Shown: positions 13,240 to 26,642 of the stretch, in pieces | Position numbering within the stretch: the first letter of the stretch is position 1 | How the letters are laid out: each line of letters opens with the position of its first letter | NCBI GenBank assembly: GCA_950097015.1 | Contig: CATNEN010000003.1 | Location: 14,012,001 to 14,076,000 of the forward strand | From: Macrostomum hystrix | Lineage: Eukaryota; Animalia; Platyhelminthes | Length of the DNA stretch: 64,000 nt | Direction of reading: 5' to 3' | The notes under the pieces: model-generated | The model's database searches: none | What the model saw: only the letters and a program-made list of their open reading frames with translations | Told to the model about the DNA's origin: nothing | Translations under genes and position numbers: made by a program

Positions 13240-13862
13240 GTCTACCCCTCTCTCTCTACCCTGCTCTCTACCCTACTCTCTACCCGTCTCTCTCTACCCT
13301 TCTCTCTCTACCCTACTCTCTACCCTTCTCTCTCTACCCTTCTCTCTCTACCCTACTCTCTACCCTTCTCTCTCTACCCTTCTCTCTCTACCCTACTCTC
13401 TACCCTTCTCTCTCTACCCTTCTCTCTCTACCCTACTCTCTACCCTTCTCTCTCTACCCTTCTCTCTCTACCCTACTCTCTACCCTACTCTCTCTACCCT
13501 GCTCTCTACCCTACTCTCTACCCTTCTCTCTCTACCCTGCTCTCTACCCTACTCTCTACCCTTCTCTCTCTACCCTGCTCTCTACCCTACTCTCTACCCT
13601 TCTCTCTCTACCCTGCTCTCTACCCTACTCTCTACCCTTCTCTCTCTACCCTTCTCTCTCTACCCTGCTCTCTACCCTACTCTCTACCCTTCTCTCTCTA
13701 CCCTTCTCTCTCTAACCTTCTCTTTCTACCCTTCCCTCTCTACCCTTCTCTCTCTACCCTTCTCTCTCTACCCTTCTCTCTCTACCCTTCTCTCTCTACC
13801 CTTCTCTCTCTACCCTTCTCTCTCTACCCTTCTCTCTCTACCCTTCTCTCTCTACCCTACTT
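13240..13862. repeat. CT-rich minisatellite ((CT)nACCCT(A/T/G)), 12-16 bp units
   Basis: Read directly. Confidence 0.95.
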
Positions 13863-14484
13863 TATCTACTCTTCTCTTCACTCACCATTGAATTTTGCCC
13901 AATATTTCTCTCTTTATTATTTTCTTCGTACTGGTCATTTTAAAAAGATATATTAAAATTGAGAGTGAGTTTTGAAAAAGAAAAATTTATCAAACAGAAG
14001 AACGGCTTCATGTGTGACTCAGCATTGTTGACAGATTGTTAACCCACACCCCAAAGCCACATTTGGTTCCTTGCCCATAGCCCTCTCCAACTGACCCTTC
14101 AAATCTAATTGCGCAATCTTTCAGAAATTTCCTAACACCTTATGTTGACCATAGACTATAGTCCTATCCCACCCCAGTATAGATAGCAATTGGATTGCAC
14201 AATCAAACCCTATTGTCAAGACTCGTATCTTCCTACTTTTAGGGGGGTTACCCCCTTTTACCCCCCCCCACCCCCCGTTTTTCAGAACTGAGAATGTGAG
14301 AAGTGGGATTGAAGTTTTCAAGTGGCCCTAATGCCTATGCTGCCTCACGCTTAGTCAGTCTTTTAGAGAATATACCTAGATATTTAGCCTTAGGGGAATA
14401 AGCCTATTTTTGTTTAATCCTTCAGGGAAAAGAATGTGCGATAATAAATTTCTAAGAAACTCACATTTAGACAGTTTCACTCAC

Positions 14485-15399
14485 CTTGGCGGATTTGCAA
14501 GCGGTCTGCAGTTGCACAATCTCGTGTCCGAGATGCCGACCAGTTTGTGAGCACATCGGACAGACTGGCAGCCGACAAGCCAGACAGTAGGAGCTCAGAG
14601 TCTCTTGACGATGTTCCGGGCATACTGAAACCTTCTTGGCCTGCTTCTGTAGGAGCAGATCGCGGCCAAGACTAGCCGGCTGCAGATTGTGCCTCGGTAC
14701 TGAACTGGCACTTGGGTGTGACCGCTCAGAGCACCTGTGACAATAGTACATTTCGCATTGTTCGCACACAAGATCAGCAGCTAGTGGCGACTGTCCAGTA
14801 TCAGATGGATCGCAAAGCTGACACTGTTGCTGCTGCTGCTGTTGCTGTTGTTGCTGTTGAAGCTCCTGCTGACTGCTGGTCATTGTTGAACTAGTAAACT
14901 TTCCAACCAGTCGCTCCACAGCTAGATTCCTTGGCAATAGGGTCCTCAGCGAACCGGCGCCCCGATCGACTAGGCCCGGCAGCAGGACGGGTCGGCGACA
15001 TGTCGGACAAAGGAAACCAAACGATGTCGGAGAGATGGCGGCCGCTGCGCCACCAACTGAACTCGGCGTTGTTGGCGACGGTGCACCGATGGCTAGGTGT
15101 TGATGCTGCTGCTGCTGATGCTGATGCAGTTGATAGCAGCTACTTCCCGGCCTGGACGATCCCGAAGCTGTTGACGTTGGCAGCGACACGCCCGAATCGG
15201 CCTCGGATGCTACCGACATCTGGTCGGAGCTGTCACCGATGCCAGTCAGGGAAGCCACTTCGTCAGCGGGCAGTAGGAGAATGCTTGAACAGCAGGACTG
15301 GCAGAGCGAATGTCCGCACGGCAACAACAGTGGCTGACAGAGCCATCTACGGCAAAGGCCGCATTTGAGTTCGGATTCTAGTTTACGAATTGTTGTCAT
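14485..15399 (-). CDS. TRIM9: TRIM9/TRIM67-like (MADD-2 family) RING-B-box E3 ligase, first coding exon; remaining exons not found in the window
   Basis: RING (ELKCGLC..PLLLPCGHSLCQSC...CPTC), the family motif SDQMSVASEADSG (TRIM9 recalled as DKMSLYSEADSG), B-box1 (CQLCD..CEQC..YC..C...H) and B-box2 (CPEH...YCLAC..PVC..C...H..H). Exon ends at AAG|GTGAGT at 14485. Coiled-coil, FN3 and SPRY exons were not seen. Confidence 0.9.
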
Positions 15400-15802
15400 G
15401 GTGACGCGCGGCTTCGCTACAAAAAACTTTGTCCTCCCTTGCGTTGTCCGTCTGTCAGTTTTTCTTCAATCTATATACTTGGGCCTACCTATTCCTGAGT
15501 CTATAAAACCGTCCGGGAGGCGAAGGCTGGGTTTGGGGTTGGGGCCCATTGGCCAGCCAATGAGAGGAAGTCTATACTAGAAAATTTTTCTGAACTTCAA
15601 GTGTAAGGATAGGATAGAGTGGGGTGGGGTGATGGCATTGGCGATGAATGCGTTTAAGTTAGAATTATAAAACTGGAAACTACTTTTAGTAGGTTTGGCG
15701 GGTTTAAATTATCAGACTTGTTCAAAAGTGCAGATTACTAGCTGCAAGGTGTAAATCTATGGACTATTTAACGCTAGGTTGAGGATGTTATCATGGTAAC
15801 TT

Positions 15803-16100
15803 TGGGAAGGATTCTAGGGGGAGAAATTGGAGGATTCTAGGGGGAGAAATGGGAGGATTGGAGGGGAGAAATGGGAGGATTCTAGGGGGAGAAATGGGAG
15901 GATTCTAGGGGGAGAAATGGGAGGATTCTAGGGGGAGAAATGGGAGGATAGAAGGGGAGAAATGGGAGAATGGAAGGGGAGAAATGGGAGGATTGGAGGG
16001 GAGAAATGGGAAGATAGAAGGGGAGAAATGGGAGGATAGAAGGGGAGAAATGGGAAGATAGAAGGGGAGAAATGGGAGGATAGAAGGGGAGAAATGGAAG
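15803..16100. repeat. 22-23 bp G-rich minisatellite (GGGGAGAAATGGGAGGATTCTA / ..GATAGAA)
   Basis: Read directly. Confidence 0.9.
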
Positions 16101-16954
16101 AATAAAAGGCGGAGAAAGGAGAATTAAGGGTAAATTTTTGGTGAAGCATTTCACGTTGTATGTGCAAGATCCCACTGAAAGGATGGGATAAAACTTGAGT
16201 AAGGGATCGCTCAACGATAGATTCTTACTCGCTGGCGTAACAAAGACTTTCAGGCTGTGCAGGTCAATGCTGTCACTTCAGGTCACCAACTCTTTAGAAA
16301 TAAAAGACATTTTAACTAAAAAAAATGTTTTCCTTTCTTAACTATTTATCAGCTGCGTTTAGGTCAGGAATCCGGGCTCTAAATAAAAAAATGTGAAGGT
16401 GGAGTTTGTTCGCTTTATCTTCAGAAGCAGCAACAATCGTTCATATTTCTCAAGGTCTGCGAGCACTGTGCTCATATTATTCTCATTGTTTGCGCTTTTT
16501 CTTTTTCAAATGAGGTCACAGCAGAACAAAGGATTAAAAAAAGCTGGTTCAAATTCGTCGAGTCTAAAACTCTAAAAATAGCAGATGAGCTAATTGAGTT
16601 CATTTCCTCATTTATTGCTGAGCATCTTTAAGTTGGTGGTTTTGAAAAACGAATTACCTGTTGAAGACAAAGACTCGCCATGCTTCTAAAAATACTCTAT
16701 TGGAGGTAGGTGGAATGTAAAAGGGTTTAGAGAATGAATCTGTGGGTTTTTTCTGGGAAACGTCAGACTTTCTGGAAAAATGTAGCTTCTGGGACACAGT
16801 ATTTTCTTGGAAGTGTCGTCTTTTCTAAGAATTACCAGTCTTTCTAGGAAATTTCGGTTTTTAGGAATCGTCGGTTTTTTCTCTTTCGGAAACTATGTTC
16901 TTTTCTTAGAAATGGCTTTTCATTTTAGAAACAGACTTTCTTGGAAATATCATC

Positions 16955-17322
16955 TTTCTGGGAAAATTAAGTTTTTCTGGGAAAAGTCGGTTTTTTGGGA
17001 AATGTCGTCTTTCTGGGAAAAGTCGGTCTTTCTGGGAAAAGTCGGTCTTTCTGGGAAAATTCGGTCTTTCTGGGAAAAGTCGGTCTTTCTGGGAAAAGTC
17101 GGTCTTTCTGGGAAAAGTCGGTCTTTCTGGGAAAAGTCGGTCTTTCTGGAAAAATTCGGTTTTTCTGGGAAAAGACGGTTTTTCTGGGAATAGACGGTTC
17201 TTTCTGGGAAAAGTCGGTTTTTCTGGGAATAGACGGTTCTTTCTGGGCAAAGTCGGTTTTTCTGGGAATAGACGGTTCTTTCTGGGAAAAGTCGGTTTTT
17301 CTGGGAAAAGTCGGTCTTTCTT
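16955..17322. repeat. 19-bp minisatellite (CTGGGAAAAGTCGGTCTTT)n with degenerate flanks
   Basis: Read directly. Confidence 0.92.
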
Positions 17323-18530
17323 AGAAATTTTGGTTTTATGAAAGTTTTCGGGTTTTTTAGGAAAAATTTTGAGACTATTCGTGCAAAATGTCCGTTTTTA
17401 GTCGATCAAAAAGTTTTAAATTTGTTACTAGCAACTTTGGACAAAATTAGGTAACTTTTTGGGTTTAGATTTTTGGGAAATTTCTAGAATACCTGTTCAA
17501 AAACTGTATTCCCTCTCTAAATAAGTTGGAATCTGACTCAAACTCATTATATATCCAATTCGGATTCCTTGTGTTGGAAAGTTCAAACTATTTATCAGTC
17601 GGCAGTACTTTCAGCCCCTTCAACAGTCTACATCTAATAATACTTATCCATCTCCCATTTCTACCCTCAAGACTTCTCGCTAAGATCCCACAAAATCCCT
17701 TCTCGAACAGCCAGAAATTAGATTTCGATGCAGAAAAAGGGCTTTCCAAATGTTTCATTTCCCCTGTTCTGCTTCGAGTGAGAGATTTGGGAAGAAGAGA
17801 ACGAAAGGGGGATAAATGGGAGGATTTAGACTGTAAAATATAGACTTATTTCTATAAGTTTGGAAGCAAAGCCGGGTGAAAGGCCTATGGCTGCTTGACT
17901 TTAAGATTTAAACAGAAATTGGCACAAAGCTATAGTTGAGCAAGCAGAGCATGGAAAGAACTGATTGGCAGTTTTAAGTCTCAGTCCCCCCCCTAGATAG
18001 AGTATTATTATAGCTCAAAATAATTCCTCATTGCTCGGTCGGAGGACATCTGTCACAATGCTATGTCTATTTGGGATTTGGTATAGGATATTTCTGGCAC
18101 ATCATTTGCTATTAGAAAGGAAAGGAAATAAAGGGATAGAGAAAAAGCGGCGATGTTCACGGATGGATGAATGATGTGACGGGTTTGAGTTCTCTTGCAT
18201 GTATTCTCTCGAAGTCTTTGTTTTTGACTATTTTAGACAAAGATATACTCAGTTTTAGAATATCAGCGCGTCTAGTCTATATACTCGTATTTATCGTTGC
18301 ATTGGTGAGCGGGATTTTGACGGGAATTCTGCCTTAAGATGGAACACCTTATTATTAATTTATTGCTTTTCAAAACCAGACTGATACAGGTATAAATATA
18401 ATAGCAAGCAGGTGCTAGACAGCATTATTTGCAATGTCTGTTAGCTTATTAGACTATTTTCATATTTCTTTTTTATTTTTAGTTCCATACGTTCTGTAAT
18501 TCTGTAAATCTAGCTGTCTGTTCTTTAACT

Positions 18531-19645
18531 CTGACAGTCAGTTCTGTATTTCTGTCAGGCAGTTCTGTATTTCTGTCAGTCAGTTCTGTACTTCTGTCAG
18601 TCAGTTCTGTATTTCTGACAGTCAGTTCTGTATTCCTGTCAGTCAGGTCTGTATTCCTGTCAGTCAGGTCTGTATTCCTGTCAGTCAGGTCTGTATTCCT
18701 GTCAGTCAGTTCTGTATTTCTGACAGTCAGTTCTGTATTCCTGTCAGTCAGTTCTGTACTTCTGTCAGTCAGTTCTGTATTTCTGTCTATCAGTTCTATA
18801 TTCCTGTCAGTCTGTTCTGTATTTCTGACAGTCAGTTCTGTATTTCTGTCAGTCAGGTCTGTATTCCTGTCAGTCAGTTCTGTATTCCTGTCAGTCAGTT
18901 CTGTATTCCTGTCAGTCAGTTCTGTATTTCTGTCAGTCAGGTCTGTATTCCTGTCAGTCAGTTCTGTATTCCTGTCAGTCAGTTCTGTATTTCTGTCAGT
19001 CAGTTCTGTATTTCTGACAGTCAGTTCTGTATTCCTGTCAGTTAGTTCTGTATTCCTGTCAGTCAGGTCTGTATTCCTGTCAGTCAGGTCTGTATTCCTG
19101 TCAGTCAGGTCTGTATTCCTGTCAGTCAGTTCTGTATTTCTGACAGTCAGTTCTGTATTCCTGTCAGTCTGTTCTGTATTTCTGTCTATCAGTTCTATAT
19201 TCCTGTCAGTCTGTTCTGTATTTCTGACAGTCAGTTCTGTATTCCTGTCAGTCTGTTCTGTACTTCTGTCTATCAGTTCTATATTCCTGTCAGTCTGTTC
19301 TGTATTTCTGACAGTCAGTTCTGTATTCCTGTCAGTCTGTTCTGTATTTCTGACAGTCAGTTCTGTATTTCTGACAGTCAGTTCTGTATTTCTGACAGTC
19401 AGTTCTGTATTTCTGACAGTCAGTTCTGTATTTCTGACAGTCAGTTCTGTATTCCTGTCAGTCAGGTCTGTATTCCTGTCAGTCAGGTCTGTATTCCTGT
19501 CAGTCAGGTCTGTATTCCTGTCAGTCAGGTCTGTATTCCTGTCAGTCAGTTCTGTATTCCTGTCAGTCAGGTCTGTATTCCTGTCAGTCAGGTCTGTATT
19601 CCTGTCAGTCAGTTCTGTATTTCTGACAGTCAGTTCTGTATATCT
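18531..19645. repeat. 21-bp minisatellite (TCAGTCAGTTCTGTATTCCTG)n
   Basis: Read directly. Confidence 0.96.
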
Positions 19646-20534
19646 GTAACTAAACAGTTTTTACTGATCGCATTTATTCACTTCTACGAGTAACTACTTT
19701 ACACTTTACGAGTACCTATACTGTGCTCATGATATCATGCTTTTTTAGATTAGTCGGATGAGTAATATTGCTATAATTCTGAGCGAACATTCATTATACA
19801 AACAAGAGAATCGTGGTCTGCTGTTTAACTAGTAAACGGATATCAAAATGAAATAACTTGCTCATCGTTCACATATGCTCGCTGCACTTACACAAACACT
19901 GAGCTAAGTTTTCTGTTATTTGTTCATCATTTCGTCGAGACAAGAATAATAAAGACTGCACGATTGCGTAATATCCTCGCAACCTACCCGATATTTAATA
20001 CCTCATCTAATTTTTCTGGCCCATATTGTTTTGGGATATGTGGCATATTTCAGGCTTATGACATATGGATGAGACATTTTTTTAATCCTAAACTTCCCAG
20101 CGTTTTGATCCTTAGGTATCCTTATCTAGTAAATATTAACGTGATATCCCTCCCTTATACTCCCTCCCTTATTTTGTAAGTCTTTGTTCGTATTTTAAAA
20201 TGAAACCCACTTTACTACACAAGGACTCCATATGTTGTATCGATTTCTTAAGTTGATCGCAAATGATTTTATAGTAGCCATGTATCGATTGAAATATAGT
20301 TTTTGAGCAGATGCACGAAATGAATAGATTTATCAATCAAGTCTAGAGCTTCTGTAACCTCAGTTAGACATCAGATAATTCAATAAACAGACCCTTTTCA
20401 GTTACAATTCAGTCTCAGCTCCACTTTAATGTGCTTTAACAATTGTGGTGTCTCTCTATAAACCGATAAATGAATTATTAATTTAAAGCATAATTGTCTC
20501 TAGACTCATCGTTTAACCCCTCTACTCACCCTCC

Positions 20535-22730
20535 CCTCATCATTCTCTCCCTTCATCTTCTCTCCCTTCATCTTCTCTCCCTTCATCTTATCTCCCTTCA
20601 GTCTCTCTCCACTCAGTCTCTCTCCTCAGACTCCTCAGACTCTCTCCTCTCATTCTCTCCCCCTTTATCTTCTCTCCCTTCAGTCTCTCACCCTTCATCT
20701 TCTCTCCCTTCATCTTCTCTCCCTTCATCTTATTTCCCTTCACATCTCTCTCCCTTCATCTTATCTCCCTTCACATCTCTCTCCCTTCATCTTCTCTCCC
20801 TTCAGTCTCTCTCCACTCAGTCTCTCTCCTCAGACTCCTCAGACTCTCTCCTCTCATTCTCTCCCCCTTTATCTTCTCTCCCTTCAGTCTCTCACCCTTC
20901 ATCTTCTCTCCCTTCATCTTCTCTCCCTTCATCTTATTTCCCTTCACATCTCTCTCCCTTCATCTTATCTCCCTTCACATCTCTCTCCCTTCATCTTCTC
21001 CCCCTTTATCTTCTCTCCCTTCAGTCTCTCTCCCTTCATCTTCTCTCCCTTCATCTTCTCTCCCTTCATCTTCTCTCCCTTCATCTTCTCTCCCTTCATC
21101 TTCTCTCCCTTCATCTTCTCTCCACTCAGTCTCTCTCCTCAGACTCCTCAGACTCTCTCCTCTCATTCTCTCCCCCTTTATCTTCTCTCCCTTCAGTTTC
21201 TCTCCCTTCATCTTATCTCCCTTCATCTTATCTCCCTTTATCTTCTCTCCCTTCAGTCTCTCTCCACTCAGTCTCTCTCCTCAGACTCCTCAGACTCTCT
21301 CCTCTCATTCTCTCCCCCTTTATCTTCTCTCCCTTCAGTCTCTCACCCTTCATCTTCTCTCCCTTCATCTTCTCTCCCTTCATCTTATTTCCCTTCACAT
21401 CTCTCTCCCTTCATCTTATCTCCCTTCACATCTCTCTCCCTTCATCTTCTCTCCCTTCAGTCTCTCTCCACTCAGTCTCTCTCCTCAGACTCCTCAGACT
21501 CTCTCCTCTCATTCTCTCCCCCTTTATCTTCTCTCCCTTCAGTCTCTCACCCTTCATCTTCTCTCCCTTCATCTTCTCTCCCTTCATCTTATTTCCCTTC
21601 ACATCTCTCTCCCTTCATCTTATCTCCCTTCACATCTCTCTCCCTTCATCTTCTCCCCCTTTATCTTCTCTCCCTTCAGTCTCTCTCCCTTCATCTTCTC
21701 TCCCTTCATCTTCTCTCCCTTCATCTTCTCTCCCTTCATCTTCTCTCCCTTCATCTTCTCTCCCTTCATCTTCTCTCCACTCAGTCTCTCTCCTCAGACT
21801 CCTCAGACTCTCTCCTCTCATTCTCTCCCCCTTTATCTTCTCTCCCTTCAGTTTCTCTCCCTTCATCTTATCTCCCTTCATCTTATCTCCCTTTATCTTC
21901 TCTCCCTTCAGTCTCTCTCCACTCAGTCTCTCTCCTCAGACTCCTCAGACTCTCTCCTCTCATTCTCTCCCCCTTTATCTTCTCTCCCTTCAGTCTCTCT
22001 CCACTCAGTCTCTCTCCTCAGACTCCTCAGACTCTCTCCTCTCATTCTCTCCCCTTTATCTTCTCTCCCTTCAGTTTCTCTCCCTTCATCTTCTCTCCCT
22101 TCATCTTCTCCCCCTTTATCTTCTCTCCCTTCAGTCTCTCTCCCTTCATCTTCTCTCCCTTCATCTTCTCCCCCTTTATCTTCTCTCCCTTCAGTCTCTC
22201 TCCCTTCATCTTCTCTCCCTTCATCTTCTCTCCCTTCATCTTCTCCCCCTTTATCTTCTCTCCCTTCAGTCTCTCTCCCTTCATCTTCTCTCCCTTCATC
22301 TTCTCTCCCTTCATCTTCTCTCCCTTCATCTTCTCTCCCTTCATCTTCTCTCCCTTCATCTTCTCTCCCTTCATCTTCTCTCCACTCAGTCTCTCTCCTC
22401 AGACTCCTCAGACTCTCTCCTCTCATTCTCTCCCCCTTTATCTTCTCTCCCTTCAGTTTCTCTCCCTTCATCTTATCTCCCTTCATCTTCTCTCCCTTCA
22501 TCTTCTCTCCCTTCATCTTCTCTCCACTCAGTCTCTCTCCTCAGACTCCTCAGACTCTCTCCTCTCATTCTCTCCCCCTTTATCTTCTCTCCCTTCAGTT
22601 TCTCTCCCTTCATCTTCTCTCCCTTCAGTCTCTCTCCCTACACATCTCTCTCCCTTCACATCTCTCTCCCTTCAGTCTCTCTCCCCTTCATCTTCTCTCT
22701 CTTCATTCCTTCTCCCTTCCCTCTCCCTTC
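20535..22730. repeat. CT-rich 15-bp satellite (CCCTTCATCTTCTCT) with higher-order blocks containing CAGACTCCTCAGAC
   Basis: Read directly. Identical 83-aa ORFs at 20975 and 21630 show block duplication. Confidence 0.95.
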
Positions 22731-25586
22731 ATTGTTGCAAACATTATGTTTTTTAAACCACTTGTAAATGTCTTCTCTGCAAGCAGAATTCGGCGCGTAA
22801 CCTCAAAATTAAGGCTGCAGATTTATTGACCAGAAGCACTTGAAAAATGCATGGAAACATCTGCATCAGCAATCGCATGCAACGGCTAAAACTAAAATAT
22901 GTTCACGCACGCTAGTATAACACACGGTCAAGTTGAAGTGCTGATATATTATTACCTTTAATGAAACTAAACTAATGAACACCTGTTGCGCAGTCGAGAT
23001 ACTGATTGAGTCAAGTTGCATCTGCCCGGCAATTAGACAAATAGCGTTCTGAATATTTTTAGCGCGAACAAGAACGAAACTGAGAATGAACAGCCAAGAC
23101 TAAGGACTAACTACATTTTCAGTTCGTAGAGAAGCAGAAATAGCCAAAAAAATAATTTCTTGGATAAGAAAACTGTATTTTAGTAATAAAGAAATTCTAT
23201 ACCAGCATACTTTTCAGATACTATTCAGGATACTGTACACAATCACAGTATGATGTAATCATGAATAAAAATGTAGCTACTTAGTTAGTTATTAAAAAAA
23301 CGAATGTCAGTTATTTTCGTATCAGACCAGCAGATGTTTTAACTTGCATCTATATCGAAAAGCTTCAATAAATACAGTGGAGTAAAGCTCCGGTGTTAAG
23401 CCAGTTACCAAAGTAAATTAGTCTTAACTGACATTGCGCTTCGTATTTCTGCGAAAATTTTAAAAAGTTTTTAACTGCAAAGGAAATTAATTGACAGCAA
23501 AAACGATTTAGTCCTGAACTAATGAGATAAAATTCGTCTCATTTTTGTTATTGTCCTTTAAACTTATCATGTTTTTTGAATAATTGGATTTGTCAGACAA
23601 TTTTCACTTTAAAGTTTCATCCTTTGGCTCAACCCAGCAAACAAATACAAGCCGCAGCCATCCATATGCGTAAGCAATAGCTTAGAAATGATTTTGCTTT
23701 CGTACATTGCTTTTTTTAAGGTGTGCAGTTTATAATTTAGAAAGTTTATATAAATTAAATTCTAAATTCACAATTTATTAACTTAGTGTGGTTTGGCTCT
23801 TTTCTTATGATTTAAATTCTGCAAAAATTTGTAACTAGTATGACACTAATTATTCCAAGTAGCCAAGTAATTTTATTTTAATTTACTCTATGGCACACAC
23901 AAATGTCCAAGTGGCAAGACACTATTCAACTTAATTAACAAAACAAGACACTTATTAATATGAATAATGAATGTATATATTACATTGTGCTGCTTATACT
24001 ATTTCAATATTAGTCTTTTATTTCCAGTCCAAATAGGGCTACCAGTGGATCAGATAGTATCCAATCCAACACACATACCCATACATACACACAATCTCAA
24101 TTTTTTAGGAATTACTCCTTCTTTCATATATTTCTCTTTATAGGTTTAGGCTACAATATTCAATCCCTTTCTGGTTTAAAAATTAGTTTATATCCAACCT
24201 TCTGTAATCCTGTTCAATACAATTTATTTCTCATATGGCATATCATTTCCAACTTGAAGCCTATTATAGGCCTAGCTAAAAGGTTTCACAAACTATTTGC
24301 TTTGAACAGCTTTTAATATAAAATATGAGAAAGCAAGTTGATTTTTTCCAAGAAAAAATAATCATATATATATTATTTCATATGGTTATATGGACATTAG
24401 TAAATCAAAGTAGAAGCATTAATTAAACATAATATTTTATTCTACAAAAATAAGATTTTCTAGGAAACTCTTTAATTTAAAAATATTTAATATTTAATAT
24501 TCAATTATATTTTTATTTAATTTGAGCACGGCAAAATTTTTGTGCTAATCGCTTCAAAAAATTAGTGTTTATAAATTAAAGATAAAAACTCCTGCATCAA
24601 AGGAGGAAGGAGCGGAGGCCGCATCTCCTTTGGCGCGTTACTTCTTTAACTTGGATCTTTCATCTATTACCTGAATATTTAATATTTAATAATAATAAAG
24701 TTAACCAATAATATTTTGAACTACTACATAAGTTATTTAATTGATTTATACTGATTATAGCTTAGTTGTTAATCAAGAAAATTCTAGAAAAGGAAGTAAA
24801 TAAAAAACACAAAATTACATTTTTTATTATACAATTACAACTATCCAATAGGGATAATATATCAATAATTAACACTTTTGATGTCTTTTCAAATGCATAT
24901 ATGCAGTCATGCAAGCCAAGGTACAAACAAACCCTTGAAATATACACTGAGGCATGCCACATGGGCTAGGCATGGCTGCCCAATGCCAATGGGCTATATA
25001 TAAAGTTATAGTAAAATTCAATATATTTTCCATTTTTTTTTTAGCTAATAGATAAATATTTATTATAGAGATTAGAAATATGTTTAAAATGCCTAAGGTT
25101 TTTAGGTTTGTTAAAAATTGTTTCCAATATAATAATACATTGTTTATAAAAGTTAGAATATATGAATTTTCTAAATTTGTAAAAGAAAAAAAACTTTACT
25201 ATCATGTCATGTCATTTTTTCTAGCTAAATTTGGATACTAAATCTCAGGATTACTTCTCTATTCTTTTAAACTATCTCTAAATGTATATATAAAATCTTA
25301 CTTCAGTATTAGACATACTTTACTAAATAAGTCTAGCTTTCTTTTCTCTTTTGGTATTTTTTTATTTTGATCTTTTTTGTCTTATGTCTTATTAAATGAA
25401 ATTACATTATTGAATTTTTTTGCACATAATACATTGAAATTATGCTCAGTTAGTTCACCCGATCTTGTATGACATGTAGCAGAACAAAAATGAAATACTA
25501 TGTTTTCTGATTGCAGAAAGCTTCTTCGTTATTGATATTTATCAACAACACCAAAGTAACAGACTAATAAATCTAATTAAAAAGCC

Positions 25587-26642
25587 ATGGATGAACAGAA
25601 ATTATCATACTGCGACAATGTCTACATGACCATAGCTGAGCAATGCAAAGATGGCGGTGTTGCCGAAATTCTCGACACATTCTTTGGCTTCTTGGCTCGT
25701 CGCACCGATTTCTATGTTGGCGCGGGTAGTAATGACTGCGAGCAGTTGGTCCTGAAAGCATTCAGACTGCACAAGCGTCAGGCTGAAGAGAAACGCGCCA
25801 AAGAGAAGGCCGAAGCCGAGGCTAAACGGCGAGAAAAGAAAGCGGCAGATGAAGCCGCCGCCGCTGCTGCTGCTTCCGCTTCCACCGCTCCCAGCGCCGC
25901 AGCCGATTCCGAACCTCGAGTTCAAGAACTAACCGACGCCGAAGCTGAACAACTTCAAAAAGAATTAGACGCCGAAAAGAATAAGAAAGCTAACGGCGAC
26001 GACAATAGCAAAGACTCTCCGTCGTCGACTGGAGCTGCCGCCGGCGACGACAAGAAAGAAGAGTCCGCTAAAACAGGCGGCGACAATAAAGAGGAAGAAG
26101 AGGAATCTGCCGAGGATAAAGGCAAGATGAAGCCGAACGCTGGCAATGGTGGAGACTATGAGCACTATAGTTGGACTCAAACATTGAGAGATCTAGAGAT
26201 ACGCATACCGCTATCTATTAGGGCTAAGGCGCGCGATTTGACGGTGAACATAGGCAAGGCTGATATTAGCGCCGGGTTGCGTAACCAGCCGCCAATTCTA
26301 CACGGCCAGCTAGTTCATCATATTAAACCGGACGAGTCAACTTGGACCCTAGACGATGGCCGCACCCTGGTGATCTGCCTAGAGAAAGTTAACCAGATGG
26401 AATGGTGGAGCCAGATTGTCACCACAGATCCGTTGATTAATACTCGAAAAGTTGAGCCGGAGAATTCCAAGCTGAGCGATTTGGACGGCGAGACTCGGTC
26501 AATTGTTGAGAAGATGATGTACGACCAGCGCCAGAAGGAACTCGGCTTGCCAACTAGCGAAGATCAGAAGAAGAATGACATTCTGCAGAAGTTTATGAAG
26601 CAGCACCCGGAGATGGACTTTTCCAATTGCAAATTTAATTAG
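25587..26642 (+). CDS. NUDC: Nuclear migration protein NudC (intronless CDS)
   Basis: N-terminal motif GGV.EILDTFFGFLARRTDFY, coiled coil, CS/p23 domain (KPNAGNGGDYEHYSWTQTL) and C-terminal PENSKLSDLDGETRSIVEKMMYDQRQK...FMKQHPEMDFS. Confidence 0.97.
   Translation: MDEQKLSYCDNVYMTIAEQCKDGGVAEILDTFFGFLARRTDFYVGAGSNDCEQLVLKAFRLHKRQAEEKRAKEKAEAEAKRREKKAADEAAAAAAASASTAPSAAADSEPRVQELTDAEAEQLQKELDAEKNKKANGDDNSKDSPSSTGAAAGDDKKEESAKTGGDNKEEEEESAEDKGKMKPNAGNGGDYEHYSWTQTLRDLEIRIPLSIRAKARDLTVNIGKADISAGLRNQPPILHGQLVHHIKPDESTWTLDDGRTLVICLEKVNQMEWWSQIVTTDPLINTRKVEPENSKLSDLDGETRSIVEKMMYDQRQKELGLPTSEDQKKNDILQKFMKQHPEMDFSNCKFN

Noticed and set aside
20494-22767. 757-aa Ser/Leu/Pro ORF and antisense (GREDE)n / (KGEKM)n ORFs
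   Set aside because: Translations of a 15-bp CT-rich satellite.
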